In this document: positions 8,664 to 20,000 of the stretch, in pieces | Numbering within the stretch: position 1 is the first letter of the stretch | Layout: each line of letters starts with the position of its first letter | Notes under the pieces: model-generated | Told to the model about the DNA's origin: nothing | Databases searched by the model: none | Seen by the model: the letters and a program-made list of their open reading frames with translations, nothing else | Made by a program: the position numbers and the translations under genes | Assembly (NCBI GenBank): GCA_002427425.1 | Contig: DIRA01000032.1 | Coordinates: 69,250 to 133,249, forward strand | DNA: 64,000 nucleotides | Origin: Clostridiales bacterium UBA5448 | GTDB lineage: Bacteria > Bacillota > Clostridia > Oscillospirales > SIG627 | Reading direction: 5' to 3'

Positions 8664-11600
8664 TTATGCTTTTTTCTTCTTTTTGATGATCCAGAAAACC
8701 GCTGCTCCCGCGATGATCAGAACCACCCCACTGGCAAGGATGAAATACCAGAGCGGATTGAAATTGTCTTTCTCTTCCTGTGGGGGATTGACAGAATCCT
8801 GAACGGGTACGATGCCGTTGGGTTTGAGCCGGAAGGAGTAGATGCTGTGGGTTTCCGATTCCGATCTGCCCATACGATTTATGGATTTTTCTTCCGTATA
8901 AGCTATGGTATCTTCGGGGGATTGCGCCGTGAGACGGAGGAGATAGGTGGTGCTATCAGGCAAATCTTTCACCAAATACAGTTCATTGCCGTTTCGGATT
9001 TCAAAGAGAGAACCGTCCCCGAAAGATTCATCCAGCGAAAAAGTATATGCAATCTCGTCGAACGCGGAGGTTCGTTGGGTATCCACCGCATAGAGGAATC
9101 CCACCAGACTGTCTTTTTTGGCATTGCGGGATATATCATGGGACAGGATGATGGCATTGATGGAGGTATACAAAGGAAAGAAGAATGCATCGCTTTTTCC
9201 CGCGACTAAGGTCAAGGGGATATAGCAGGTATCGCCTTCTTTGAGGTTGTATACATAATTTTTGGTATCGGTGGCACTGGCGTAGCTGTTGATCAAGCTC
9301 ACCGAACCGATGTTCAATTCAATATTCCCATCCTCCAATTTTTTGGCAGAAATGATTTCATAGACGGGGTTTTGACCGTTCAGTGAATTGCCGCTGAGGA
9401 TTTTATGTGTCAATTGGCTTACATCCACATCGTTTGCAGGTTTGATAACGATGGTGTTTTCCAACTGTAATTTTTTAGTAAGGGATACAATGGTGCCGTT
9501 TACTCTGTTTTGCACGGTGTTTTTCCCGATGAGGGTCGCATCGTGGGCATAGGTCATGACTTTGTCACCCAACACGCTGTATACCCCGAAGAAACCGCAA
9601 AAATCAAACAAACCGTCCACGGTATAGGTGGTCGAATTATCCGTGGAATTGATGATATAGTCAACACGGCCTGTGGATAATGTGACTTTCAAAGCCGCCA
9701 CTTTATGCGCATCTGCATTTTTTCCGTTTTCTGTGGTGACTTTGACTGGTTCGCTGTCCACTACAATGATTTGATCGGAATAGGCTTGAATCACCGATGT
9801 GAACAGAGAAGATAGGTTTCTGCCGGTTTTTTTCGCCATCATATAACGAACCGAGGAGGGGTTATTGACTTTATTTCGGGGAGGAATTCCGTCTGCCAAC
9901 GCCACTTCAGTAAAATCACCGAACATGGTCATTTCCATCTTCAATCCATGTTTTTCAGAAATGCCCTTGGACATGTCGTATGTATCCACCAGGTTCCATA
10001 CCACTTTGAACGTGTTGCCGGGGTCGGCATCCCGATCTACGTTTTTAAACCAAGCCATACGGCTGTCGGTGACCGTCCCCCAATCCAGATACGGGCTTTC
10101 ATAGGTACCGATGTAATTTCCGCTTTCATCGGCTTGTTTTTTCAGGTTCAGGCCTTCGGTTTCCACGCTTTCGGCTTCGCCGCCATGGAAGGAGTAAATA
10201 TGACTGCTGCCTCCTGTGACACGGAAAAAGTCCACATAATAGGCAAGAGAGTCATTGGCTGTAATCATTGCCGTGGTTCTGCGGTATTCGGAGGTTTCGT
10301 CATACACATTGGCGGAAATGTCAGACAATTGTACATATGCGTTCTTGTCATAATGTTCGGTTTTTCCAATCACGCTTTTCAATTGTTCCGTATCATTGAC
10401 TATCACCGTGTTATGAGAGATGGTAGTGGATACCCAACGGCGATGCATGTCCACGCTGTCGGCGTACTCGGGGTACCCAAGATCGGGTGCCAATGAAATA
10501 TTGAAGGCGAACAAATGGAGATTGAGGGTGTCCCTGTGACCGTGCCCCGTATTCCTGCCATAATACACGGCAAAAGAAAATTCGGGATTTTTGGCGGAGG
10601 AAATGCCGGTGCTCTGTGAGTTCTTATTCAATAAAATGGTGGTGAACTGCAACTCGGATTCCGACGTAGCTTCCAGAGAAAGGTAATGATATCCTTTGGT
10701 CAAGGGAGCGGTTTTGTAGAAATATACCGCCTTAGCCGAAAAATCCACTTTGCTCTGCAGCATTTTTCCGTCGATATATACGTTGTAGCTACCGTTGGAA
10801 TTGTTTTCGGGGCAGCCAAATACCACTTCATAGTCCCCGTCATCGTTGTCCAGATAAAAGCCGGCAAGGAACGCATCCCCTGCTTTTTTGGGGGAAAAAG
10901 AAGCAATCCCGTTGGAAACAGTCATGCTGCCGCCGTAAATGCCGGGGAATTCTAAATCTTTGACTTCCAGAGAAACGACGGCGGGGTAGGTAACGGGGGA
11001 ATCCAAAATGGAAGTGATCATGTTCTGTTTCAAACAGGCGTATCCGTAGCCGGTGAGGTTGACACCGGTTGCTTTGTATTCGCCGTGGTCCTTGATCACG
11101 TTCAAAATTCTATCTTGAATGCCTTCGGGATTTTTATCAAAAATGGATAAGCGCAATTTGCTCACATCGCCCTTATGGAGATAATACACGGCTTGGGCAA
11201 AGAAAGGGTCGTTGGTAGCCAGATAGGCAATCAGCAAATAATTTTCCTTGGCTACGATGGAAGCATACCCGGTTTGCCCCGTATCCCCGATGGCAGGGGT
11301 CTGAGAGTCTGATACAATCAAGTGGAACAAGGAGGAGAACATTTTCACAAATTTTGGATTGGTATACATATCGTAAGAAAGATCGGTATCCTTCACCACA
11401 TAGCCGTCCAATATGTCTGCCATATTCAGGTATTCATTCAGCCACAGGGAGTTGTAACCGGGGGACGCTTCCGTTCCAAAGCCGTCTCGGTCTATCACAT
11501 CCACGAAAAGGATGTTCACGTTACCGCCGGTGCTGTAGCCGTCACCCGGCTGGAATACAAAATCAAGCCATTTGGGCGTAACTTTGGGGTCGTCCAAAAC

Positions 11601-12686
11601 CACGGCTGCCCGGGTAAGGGTACTCTGATGCATACCGGAGTTTCCTTTGATATCACCGTTCAGCACGCTGAAATAGGTTTGATGAAGAATGCCGATTTCG
11701 ATGTTTAACCGCAAATCATCGGGCTTGGTTTTGCTGCCCTTCGATTTGGTTTTCAAGAGGTTCATGGCTTCTTCTCCCAAGGTTGCAAAACCGGGATACA
11801 AAGCATCATAGGCAGAGATAAAGTGGACAACCGTACTGGTTTCCCAAATAGAGCCCACGATTTTTCCTTTGCCCTGCACGCCGCCGTTGGAATGTTGGAA
11901 ACCGTTGGATACGGTCATATCCAATATATTCATTTCGGGATATAAATCCGCAATTCTGTCCAGCATGACGATGCCGGCGTCGGCATATTTCTGCTCACCG
12001 GTATACATATAGGCATTGGTAAAGGCATTGAGCGCATTGCGGATGATACCGCAGTGCCAGAGGGACCAATGGGCATAGTAGGCGATGAATGTGTATTTTT
12101 TGCCTGTTTGATCTATGTAGCCGTATCCGTCGTCTACACCCCAGTTTTTACCTTTTTCGGGATATAAGGTGTTGACCAAATAGGACTTGTTTGCCAGTTT
12201 GGACTGAAACTTCCCATTGGCATCCAAGCCGCTCTTGTAGTAGGAGGCAAAATCATTGGTGGGAAACGACATGTCGCATGCCGGGCAGGTTAGTTTCCAG
12301 GGTTTATTGATGACATCTGCTTTGTAGGGATAGTTGCCGAAATTGTCGATATCATGTCCGCAGTTCAAACAACCTTCCTTTTGATTGACCCCATAAGAAC
12401 GATAAATATTCTGGGAAGGAATCAGTTCCCACAGCCAAGTCAATCCCTGAGACAAATAGTTGTCCGCATTGGTTTTGACACGGTTTGCTTCTTTTTTTGC
12501 CCAATCATATTTTTTAATATTTTCACGGGCGTTTTTGATCATTTCAGCGGTGTAAATGGTAGATCTTGTTTTCACAGGGTTTCCGCCAACTGCAAACACG
12601 GAAAGCTGCATAGGGGGAGCAAAGAGTAATCCCAATTGCAAAAAAAACAGCAGCATAGAGAGACAACGGGTAAAAATGCGTTTCAT
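8664..12686 (-). CDS. Secreted, C-terminally membrane-anchored heparinase II/III-like protein
   Basis: Signal peptide; CLNCG...CPAC; EASPGYN; CBM-like insert (YNVYIDGK...LTKGYHYLSL); GHGHRDTLNL; SHNTV; cadherin-like segment (VGFLYAVD...FEIRNGNELYL); TM + KKKKKA. Confidence 0.82.
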   Translation of the reverse strand: MKRIFTRCLSMLLFFLQLGLLFAPPMQLSVFAVGGNPVKTRSTIYTAEMIKNARENIKKYDWAKKEANRVKTNADNYLSQGLTWLWELIPSQNIYRSYGVNQKEGCLNCGHDIDNFGNYPYKADVINKPWKLTCPACDMSFPTNDFASYYKSGLDANGKFQSKLANKSYLVNTLYPEKGKNWGVDDGYGYIDQTGKKYTFIAYYAHWSLWHCGIIRNALNAFTNAYMYTGEQKYADAGIVMLDRIADLYPEMNILDMTVSNGFQHSNGGVQGKGKIVGSIWETSTVVHFISAYDALYPGFATLGEEAMNLLKTKSKGSKTKPDDLRLNIEIGILHQTYFSVLNGDIKGNSGMHQSTLTRAAVVLDDPKVTPKWLDFVFQPGDGYSTGGNVNILFVDVIDRDGFGTEASPGYNSLWLNEYLNMADILDGYVVKDTDLSYDMYTNPKFVKMFSSLFHLIVSDSQTPAIGDTGQTGYASIVAKENYLLIAYLATNDPFFAQAVYYLHKGDVSKLRLSIFDKNPEGIQDRILNVIKDHGEYKATGVNLTGYGYACLKQNMITSILDSPVTYPAVVSLEVKDLEFPGIYGGSMTVSNGIASFSPKKAGDAFLAGFYLDNDDGDYEVVFGCPENNSNGSYNVYIDGKMLQSKVDFSAKAVYFYKTAPLTKGYHYLSLEATSESELQFTTILLNKNSQSTGISSAKNPEFSFAVYYGRNTGHGHRDTLNLHLFAFNISLAPDLGYPEYADSVDMHRRWVSTTISHNTVIVNDTEQLKSVIGKTEHYDKNAYVQLSDISANVYDETSEYRRTTAMITANDSLAYYVDFFRVTGGSSHIYSFHGGEAESVETEGLNLKKQADESGNYIGTYESPYLDWGTVTDSRMAWFKNVDRDADPGNTFKVVWNLVDTYDMSKGISEKHGLKMEMTMFGDFTEVALADGIPPRNKVNNPSSVRYMMAKKTGRNLSSLFTSVIQAYSDQIIVVDSEPVKVTTENGKNADAHKVAALKVTLSTGRVDYIINSTDNSTTYTVDGLFDFCGFFGVYSVLGDKVMTYAHDATLIGKNTVQNRVNGTIVSLTKKLQLENTIVIKPANDVDVSQLTHKILSGNSLNGQNPVYEIISAKKLEDGNIELNIGSVSLINSYASATDTKNYVYNLKEGDTCYIPLTLVAGKSDAFFFPLYTSINAIILSHDISRNAKKDSLVGFLYAVDTQRTSAFDEIAYTFSLDESFGDGSLFEIRNGNELYLVKDLPDSTTYLLRLTAQSPEDTIAYTEEKSINRMGRSESETHSIYSFRLKPNGIVPVQDSVNPPQEEKDNFNPLWYFILASGVVLIIAGAAVFWIIKKKKKA

Positions 12687-12810
12687 AGTAGTCAATCCTT
12701 TCATTTATATTATAATAGTATATAATATTTTTATTTTTTGGCAAGGCAAACAAATGGTATTATATGCGCAATGTTTTTTGATATATGGGTGCATGGAAAT
12801 ATCAACAGAG

Positions 12811-15800
12811 CTAAAAAGTCCTGTTTACGTTATGTTGTCTTTTTCTTTTTTTCAAAATGAACACAACGATGCAGCCGATGATCAGGAGGACGCCGCCGAC
12901 GATGCAAACGTAGAGAAGGGGAGAAGCGCCTGAGGGATCGTCCTTTTGTTTGTCTTTGCCATCACCGTTATTGCCGATGCTGCTTTGTGTCAATACCAGC
13001 AGAGAAGGATCAAAGGTATAATAGTACTGATCTTTGGAAGTTTGGCGAATGAGGAGTTTTTGTGCAAAATATCCTTTTTCGTTGCCGGATTGAGCGAATA
13101 GGGTGATGGTATAAGTGGATTGGTCGGAATCCTTGTTCATCATCAGTTTGTTGCCTTCGATGCTGAAATAGGAAGCATCGGGTGAGGTTTCATCCAAGAG
13201 AAAGGTATATGCAGGCAGGGATTTTAAATCGGTCACGGCGCTGTCTACGGCGAATAAATAGCCGACAAAGTCGCCTTTTTTCGCCCCTTTTTGAATTTCA
13301 TGAGACAAGGTGACTGCGGTTATGGTAGAGACGGGCTGCGTGAGTTTCAAGGCATTGATGTCACCCGCCATTTCGGTACGGGCGATGGAGAACTTCTGAT
13401 TTTCATAGACCTGATACAGATAGCCTTGGGCAGGATTGGCAGAATTTTCGTATCCGGAAATCAAGGAAATATCGCCAATGTTCAGGGTATAGGTACCGTC
13501 TTTGTTTTTTGCCGCCGAAAGAATTTCATAGAAGGGGTTCTTGGAAGCGTTGGGATCACCTTTGAGATACAAACCTGCCAAGGAATCGGCTGAAATACCG
13601 GTTTGGTCAAAGGAAACAAGGATGCTGTTTTCCAGCGCCAGATCTTTGGTGAAGGAATGGATTTTGCCTGTCAACGCCGTGCTGGTTTTCATTTCTCCCA
13701 ACAGGGTCGCATCATGGAGCCAGGTCATGGTTTTTTCGCCGGAAACGGTATAAACACCGAAATAACCGCAAAAATCAAACAAATCGCCAATACGGTAGAT
13801 GGATTTTGTATCATAAGAGCAAACGATATAGTCGATTCTGCCGTTGTTCAACGTCACTTTTACGGCTTTGATCAAATAAGAATGAACCGCTTTGCCGTCT
13901 TGGGTGATTTCCACTTCTTCTATGGATTGAATGGCTGAGCCGTTGGCGGAATCATATGGTTCGAACACCGAAACAAAGGCGCTTTCCAAATTTCTTCCTG
14001 CGTTGGTGATGAACACATAGTCCATGGAAGTGGGGTTGCCCACTTTGTTCCGGGGAGGAACACCATCGGTGAGTGCCACTTCGTCATAGTCACCCAACAT
14101 GGTCATTTTCAGGTGAATGTCTTCTTTCACGTTGGTGGAATACTTGTAAATATCATCGATGGTCCAGTCAAAGGAGAAGCAAGCAGATGGGTTACTGTCC
14201 CGTTCCACATGGTTGTACCACTGGTAGCCGCGGGAGTTTTTCAGAGATTCGCTGCCATAGCTGATTGTACCGAATTCGACATGTTCACCGGCATAACTGC
14301 CTACAAATTTTCCGTTGCCGTCCACTTGTTTCACCAGATTCAGCCCTTCCGCCCGGACGTCTTTGGTTTGAGTTACATGGAAGGAATATTTGTGCTGTGA
14401 ACCGCCTTTGACCCGGAAGAAGTCGAGAATATAGGCATCACTTTCGGAGATTTTCACGGTTGCAACGGTGCGGGCATATAAGGAACACTGGGCATAGGCA
14501 TCCGTTGCATCCCCATCGATCAACTGTACATATTCGCCGTCTGTAAAGTGACGGGTGGTACCCACATCGATACTGACGTTTTGCGAATATTCATCTACAA
14601 CGACCGTGTTGTGAGAAAGGGTGGTCATTACCACCTGATAACGGTGGGGGTTGGAAGCGTTTTTGAATTCGGGGTTACCCATATCAGGGGACAAGTCAAC
14701 GTTAAAAGCATAGAGGAACAGGTTCAGGGAGTCTTTGTGACCATGACCGTGGTTGATGCCGTAATAAAGCGCGGCGGTGGTTTCTACCGTTTTGGAAACG
14801 CTGCTGCTTCTTTCCCCACTGCTTTGCATGGTGAATAAAATTCCTTGCAAAGAAAGGGAGGTTTCCTTTGATAACGTTTCAAGGGTAATCATATGATAAC
14901 CGGTGGTCAATGAAATCGTTTTGGTAAAGAAGAGGTTGCTTATATTTTCTATCGAGACATCACTCTGCAGCAATTTACCGTCTATATATACGTTGACTTT
15001 GCCGCTGCCGTTTCCGGCGGTGTTGAGAATAATTTCATAGGTCTGTTTGATATACTGCCAGGAAAAACCAATGTGAAGCACATCGCCTTTTTTGGCGGAA
15101 GAAAACTTGGCTTCGGTATCACTCAAAGTCAGGAAAGCTTCGGTGGAAAAGGTCAGATTTTTCGCCGACAGGGAGTTGTTTTCCAAAGGCTGTGTAGCAA
15201 CGCTGTTGAAGGTAGTTCTGTTTTTTATAACAGAGAAACCATATCCGGACAATGTAAGAGATTTGGGTTGATATTCACCGTAGTATTCAATGTCCGCCAG
15301 AATTTTACCTTGAATGGCTTCGGGGTTTTTGGTAAATATACCTGAGTTGATAGAAGATACTTTGCCTTCCATCAAATCGTAAATGGCCTGCGCGTAGACA
15401 TAATCGCCATACACTTCATAGGCAGTGAGAAGTAAATCAGGCTTTGCCAATACAATGGCATCGCCGGTTTGAGAGGTGTCGCCGATTTTAGGTGTGAAAA
15501 TATCCGAAATGACCAGATTGTACATGCAAAGAAACATTTTCTTGAACTTGGGATTGTTGAACATATCATAGGAGATATTGGTATCTTTGATGGTATAGCC
15601 GTGCAATGCCTCGGCAAGACCGATAAAGTTGGATAACCACCCGGAGTTGTAGTCGGGGGCGGCTTCGTTTCCCATCCCGTCACGGTCAATGGATTCGATG
15701 AGCAGATTGTTCATGTTGCCGCCGGTGGTGGTGCCGTTTCCATACCGGAACACAAAATCAAGCCAGGGCTTGGTATATTTTTCCGCGTCAATACACTTGG

Positions 15801-16851
15801 CAGCTAAGGTTAGCACCCGCTGATGCATCCCCATGTTGCCGCCGATGTTTCTGGAAAGGATATTGGGGTAAATTTGAAAAATCAGACCTTGCTCTATGTT
15901 TACCATGATATCCTGATAGGTTTTTTTGGTTCCGTTGGAGCGTTTGTTGATATACTGCAATGTATCTTGGGAAATGGTGGGAAAGGCATAGAAAATAGCG
16001 TCATATGCAGTGGAAAAAACAATCAAACTGGCTTCTTCGATTCTGCCTAAAATCTTCCCTTGGCCGGCAGAACCGCCGTTGGAGGAAACGAAAGCGGGTT
16101 TGATGGTTTCATAGTCGGTTGTCATACCGGGGTAGAGATCCGCCAATCTGTCCAGAACGACCATGACGAAATCCGCATACTTCTGTTCTCCGGTATACAG
16201 GTAAGCCAAAGAAACGGTGTTCATATAACTGAGAGCCTGTGCCCACAAAGAACGAGCGCAGTATCCGATAGCGGCAAAGCATTGCCCCTTCTCGTTGTAC
16301 ATCCCGGTACCGTCGTCTACACACCAGTTTTTCCCTTTTTCCGGATACAGCGTGTTTACCAGCAAAGAATGATCAGCGTTTTTACGTATAAAATTACCCT
16401 TTTTATCTAAGCCGCTCTTATAATACGCCTCAAAATCGTTGGAGGGGAATATCATTTCACAGGTGGGGCAGATGATTTTCCAAGGATTGTCATAAGACCA
16501 ATTGTAATTGTTTCCCTTGTTATAGTTTTCCATGCCGCAGTGGGGGCAGCCGTCCAGAGAGTTCACCAATCCGGAACGCCAAATTTGATTGGAGGGCATC
16601 AGCTCCAACACCAAGTCGTAACCGCGTTCAAGCCATTTGTCTGCCGAGGCTGTGATTCTTTCGGCAGCTCTTTTTGCCCAGGAATATATTTCAATGTTTT
16701 CTCTGGCATTTGCAATCATTTCCCGGGTATATATGGTGCCGCGGGTTTTGATGGGGGTAGAATCCGCCGAAACAAAGATGCCCACTGTGCTAACGGGGAC
16801 GATAGACAGCATGCAAATGAAAGCTAAACACAAAGATAAAATTTGTTTCAT
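12811..16851 (-). CDS. Secreted, membrane-anchored heparinase II/III-like protein
   Basis: Same architecture: CPHCG...CPTC, EAAPDYN, GHGHKDSLNL, SHNTVVVD, TM + KKRKR. Confidence 0.82.
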   Translation of the reverse strand: MKQILSLCLAFICMLSIVPVSTVGIFVSADSTPIKTRGTIYTREMIANARENIEIYSWAKRAAERITASADKWLERGYDLVLELMPSNQIWRSGLVNSLDGCPHCGMENYNKGNNYNWSYDNPWKIICPTCEMIFPSNDFEAYYKSGLDKKGNFIRKNADHSLLVNTLYPEKGKNWCVDDGTGMYNEKGQCFAAIGYCARSLWAQALSYMNTVSLAYLYTGEQKYADFVMVVLDRLADLYPGMTTDYETIKPAFVSSNGGSAGQGKILGRIEEASLIVFSTAYDAIFYAFPTISQDTLQYINKRSNGTKKTYQDIMVNIEQGLIFQIYPNILSRNIGGNMGMHQRVLTLAAKCIDAEKYTKPWLDFVFRYGNGTTTGGNMNNLLIESIDRDGMGNEAAPDYNSGWLSNFIGLAEALHGYTIKDTNISYDMFNNPKFKKMFLCMYNLVISDIFTPKIGDTSQTGDAIVLAKPDLLLTAYEVYGDYVYAQAIYDLMEGKVSSINSGIFTKNPEAIQGKILADIEYYGEYQPKSLTLSGYGFSVIKNRTTFNSVATQPLENNSLSAKNLTFSTEAFLTLSDTEAKFSSAKKGDVLHIGFSWQYIKQTYEIILNTAGNGSGKVNVYIDGKLLQSDVSIENISNLFFTKTISLTTGYHMITLETLSKETSLSLQGILFTMQSSGERSSSVSKTVETTAALYYGINHGHGHKDSLNLFLYAFNVDLSPDMGNPEFKNASNPHRYQVVMTTLSHNTVVVDEYSQNVSIDVGTTRHFTDGEYVQLIDGDATDAYAQCSLYARTVATVKISESDAYILDFFRVKGGSQHKYSFHVTQTKDVRAEGLNLVKQVDGNGKFVGSYAGEHVEFGTISYGSESLKNSRGYQWYNHVERDSNPSACFSFDWTIDDIYKYSTNVKEDIHLKMTMLGDYDEVALTDGVPPRNKVGNPTSMDYVFITNAGRNLESAFVSVFEPYDSANGSAIQSIEEVEITQDGKAVHSYLIKAVKVTLNNGRIDYIVCSYDTKSIYRIGDLFDFCGYFGVYTVSGEKTMTWLHDATLLGEMKTSTALTGKIHSFTKDLALENSILVSFDQTGISADSLAGLYLKGDPNASKNPFYEILSAAKNKDGTYTLNIGDISLISGYENSANPAQGYLYQVYENQKFSIARTEMAGDINALKLTQPVSTITAVTLSHEIQKGAKKGDFVGYLFAVDSAVTDLKSLPAYTFLLDETSPDASYFSIEGNKLMMNKDSDQSTYTITLFAQSGNEKGYFAQKLLIRQTSKDQYYYTFDPSLLVLTQSSIGNNGDGKDKQKDDPSGASPLLYVCIVGGVLLIIGCIVVFILKKRKRQHNVNRTF

Positions 16852-16881
16852 GATCCACTTTTCCTTTTTGATAATGAAAAT

Positions 16882-16910
16882 ATTATATCAGATTTAACAA
16901 TTACTGTCAA
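16882..16910 (-). promoter_or_regulatory. Consensus sigma-A promoter with extended -10
   Basis: TTGACA-17 nt (ending TGA)-TATAAT. Confidence 0.85.
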
Positions 16911-16988
16911 ATAGATTTTCACAATTTCGTTACTATATACAGTTTTCCGAATGAACATGACGGAATCGGTATCAAGGAAATGATCACG

Positions 16989-17026
16989 GATACAAAAAAC
17001 GAAGCGAAGGCTTCGTTTTTTGTATC
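16989..17026 (-). terminator. Intrinsic terminator after lyase 17030-21082
   Basis: GATACAAAAAACGAAGC-GAAG-GCTTCGTTTTTTGTATC, 17-bp stem. Confidence 0.85.
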
Positions 17027-17029
17027 AAT

Positions 17030-20000
17030 TTATTTCTTTTTCTTTTTAAAGATAATAAGGGAAGCCACTGCGCCGATGATCAATATGCCGCCGCCGATGC
17101 TTATCCATATCCAAGGTGACATGCCGCCTTGATTATGATGGTCATCGCCGATTTCAGAGCCCGCCAAATCAGTGAATGGAACCAGTTTGGTCGGATCGGG
17201 CACAAAGGTATAGTACAGCTGTTCTTTGGAGGTTTGACGGATAAACAGGTCAGCTTTGTAATATACCCCTTCTTCATCGGTGGAAGATGATACCAACAGA
17301 CGGAGGGTATAGGTGGTTTGATCCGAATCTTTTGCCATGTACAATTTGTTATCCTTCACTTTGAAGTAAGACCAGTCACCGTATGTCTCATCTATGACGA
17401 TGGTATGGGTGGGGAAGGTGTTGCCTGCGGAGAATTGGCTGTCAACCATGTACAGGTAGCCTACAAAATCGCCTGCCTTGGCACCTTTTTTGATATCATG
17501 GCTCAAGATTACCGATGTCACATTGGATTTTTTTACGGAAGACGTGATTTTGCCCACATTGCCGTCGGATGCGGACAAGGGAATGGTGAAGGATATGTCT
17601 TCGAGGATATTGTACTGATAGCCGCCTTTGGTGTCATAGGGATTCTTGTATGCCGAAATCAGCGAAACATCACCGATGTTCAGGGTATAGGTACCATCGC
17701 TGTTTTTCTTGGCGGATTCGATGCGGTAGGAGGGATTGGAGAAGAATTTGCTGTCGCCGTAAAAGTATCTGCCCGCCAAATCATCTACATGCACATTCCC
17801 ATCAATTTGAACTTTGATGGTATTGTCAAAGCTCAGTTCTTTGGTAAAGTCAACGACTTTGCCGGAGTAGCTGGCGGTGGCTGTGTTGGTTCCGATGACC
17901 GAGCCATCATGCAGATAGGTAATGATTTGTTTGCCGATCAGGGTATAAACACCGAAAAATCCGCAAAAATCAAATTTTCCGTCGATGTTATACAGGGTTT
18001 TATTATCATAGGAGGAAACCACATAGTCTACTCTGCCGGTTGTGGTGGTGATCTTGACCGCTTTGATTTCCATGGAAGTTACGGCAGTACCGTTTTTTGT
18101 GACACCGACTTCTTCGATAGAAACAATGGCGGAGCCGGTATTGTCATCATAAGGTTCCAAAACAGATACAAAGACAGATTCTAGATTGCTGCTGTTGCTT
18201 TCTCTTTTTACCAGTACATAATCCAGTGCTTTGGGGTTGCCGACTTTGTTTCTGGGGGGGATCCCCACCGTCAGAGCTACTTCGTCGTAGGTTCCCAGCA
18301 TGGTCATTTTCAGATGAATGTCTCCCACGTGGTTCTTACTGGTTGCGTATGTGTCTTTGATGGTCCAGTCAAAGGAAAAGACGGATGCGGGAGAAGTATC
18401 TTTTTGTATGTTTTTCAGCCACTGGAAACCGCGGGAAGTATTCAGAGATTCACCATTGGCGTTGACGTTTCCCCAAGTAATGTCTTTTCCGGCATAAGAA
18501 CCTACATATTCGCCGGCATCATTCACTTGTTTGACCAGATTCAATCCGCTGGTGACAACACCGTTGTTTTCTGCTGAATGGAAGTTATAAATGTGGCTTT
18601 TTCCGCCTTTAACCCGGAAAAAGTCTACGACATATGTATCGGTGGCGTTCAATTGGATGGTTGCCACGGTTCTTCCGTATACACTGCACTGGGGATATAC
18701 TTGGGTGGCATTCACATCCACCACTTTGACATAATCGCTGTCATCAAAATGGGTAGAGGTGGCCACAATCGAGTTTTCCTGGGGGAATTCATCCACAATT
18801 ACTGTATTGTGGCTGATGGTTTTGTCAACAAATTGATGGTTGTGTGGGTCGGAAGCATTTTTGTATTCGGGGGTACCCAAATCGGGAGCCAAGTCCACAT
18901 TATATGCGTATAAAAATAGGTTTAGCGTGTCTTTATGACCGTGTCCGCTGTTTCTGCCGTAATAGACCGCGGCGGTGGTTTCGGTGGATTTACTGAAGGC
19001 GACTGGGGTCTCGGTAGACTGGAGATTGAACATCAACTCCGCCAGTTCCAGCGTACCCACCGTTTCGGCGGCTTCCAGGGTCAAAAGATGCATACCCATT
19101 GACAACGGGCAGGTTTTACTGAAATAAATATTGGATTGGTCTTTCGCATCTACATCCGTCTGCAGGAGCTTTCCGTCCAAATAAACATGGAAAGTGCCCG
19201 TGGAATTGCCGTTCGAACGGAGAATCAATTCATACGTATTGGACGCGTTTTTCCAGTCAAAGCCGATGGTAATGGAATCTCCTTTGGCTACCGGTTTGAA
19301 AACCGCAAGAGCAGGAGTCAGAGCGAGCTGATCTGAAGAGATGTATTTCAATTCGGACAGGGCATAGGTTGCGTTGTTGACAGATTCATACACAACCGAG
19401 GTAGATGTAAAGCGGTTGCGCAGAATGGCAAATCCGAATCCGGTCAGGTTATTCGAATTTGGTTCCAGCTCACCGTATTGATCGATGACGGCTTGGATTT
19501 GCGCTGCAATTGCTTCGGGATTCTCATCGAAAATGTCACCACGCAGGGAGGTGATATTTCCACCGCATAAGTAGTAGACCGCCTGGGCATAGATGGGGTC
19601 TTTGTAATTGATATACGCGCCCAACAATAAACCGGTATTGGCAAAAACCTTGGGGTTTCCAGTCTGTTCGGTGTCTCCGATTTGGGGTGTGAATGTATCG
19701 GAGATCAACAAATGCAGCATGGATAAAAACATCTTCTTGAATTTAGGATTCTGGTACAAATCGTAGCTGATTTTCTGTTTGGAAATATCGTCTACAATGG
19801 AGTATCCTTTCAGGTATTGTGCCAATTCAATGAACTTGCTAAGCCAACCCGAATTGTAGTGAGGGGCTGCTTCATTTCCAAATCCGTCCCGGTCAATGGC
19901 TGAAATCAGCAAATTATTCATGTTTCCGCCGGTATCGGCTCCATTGCCTGTCTGGAAAATAAAATCCAGCCAAGGGATGGTATATTGCGGGTCGTCCATA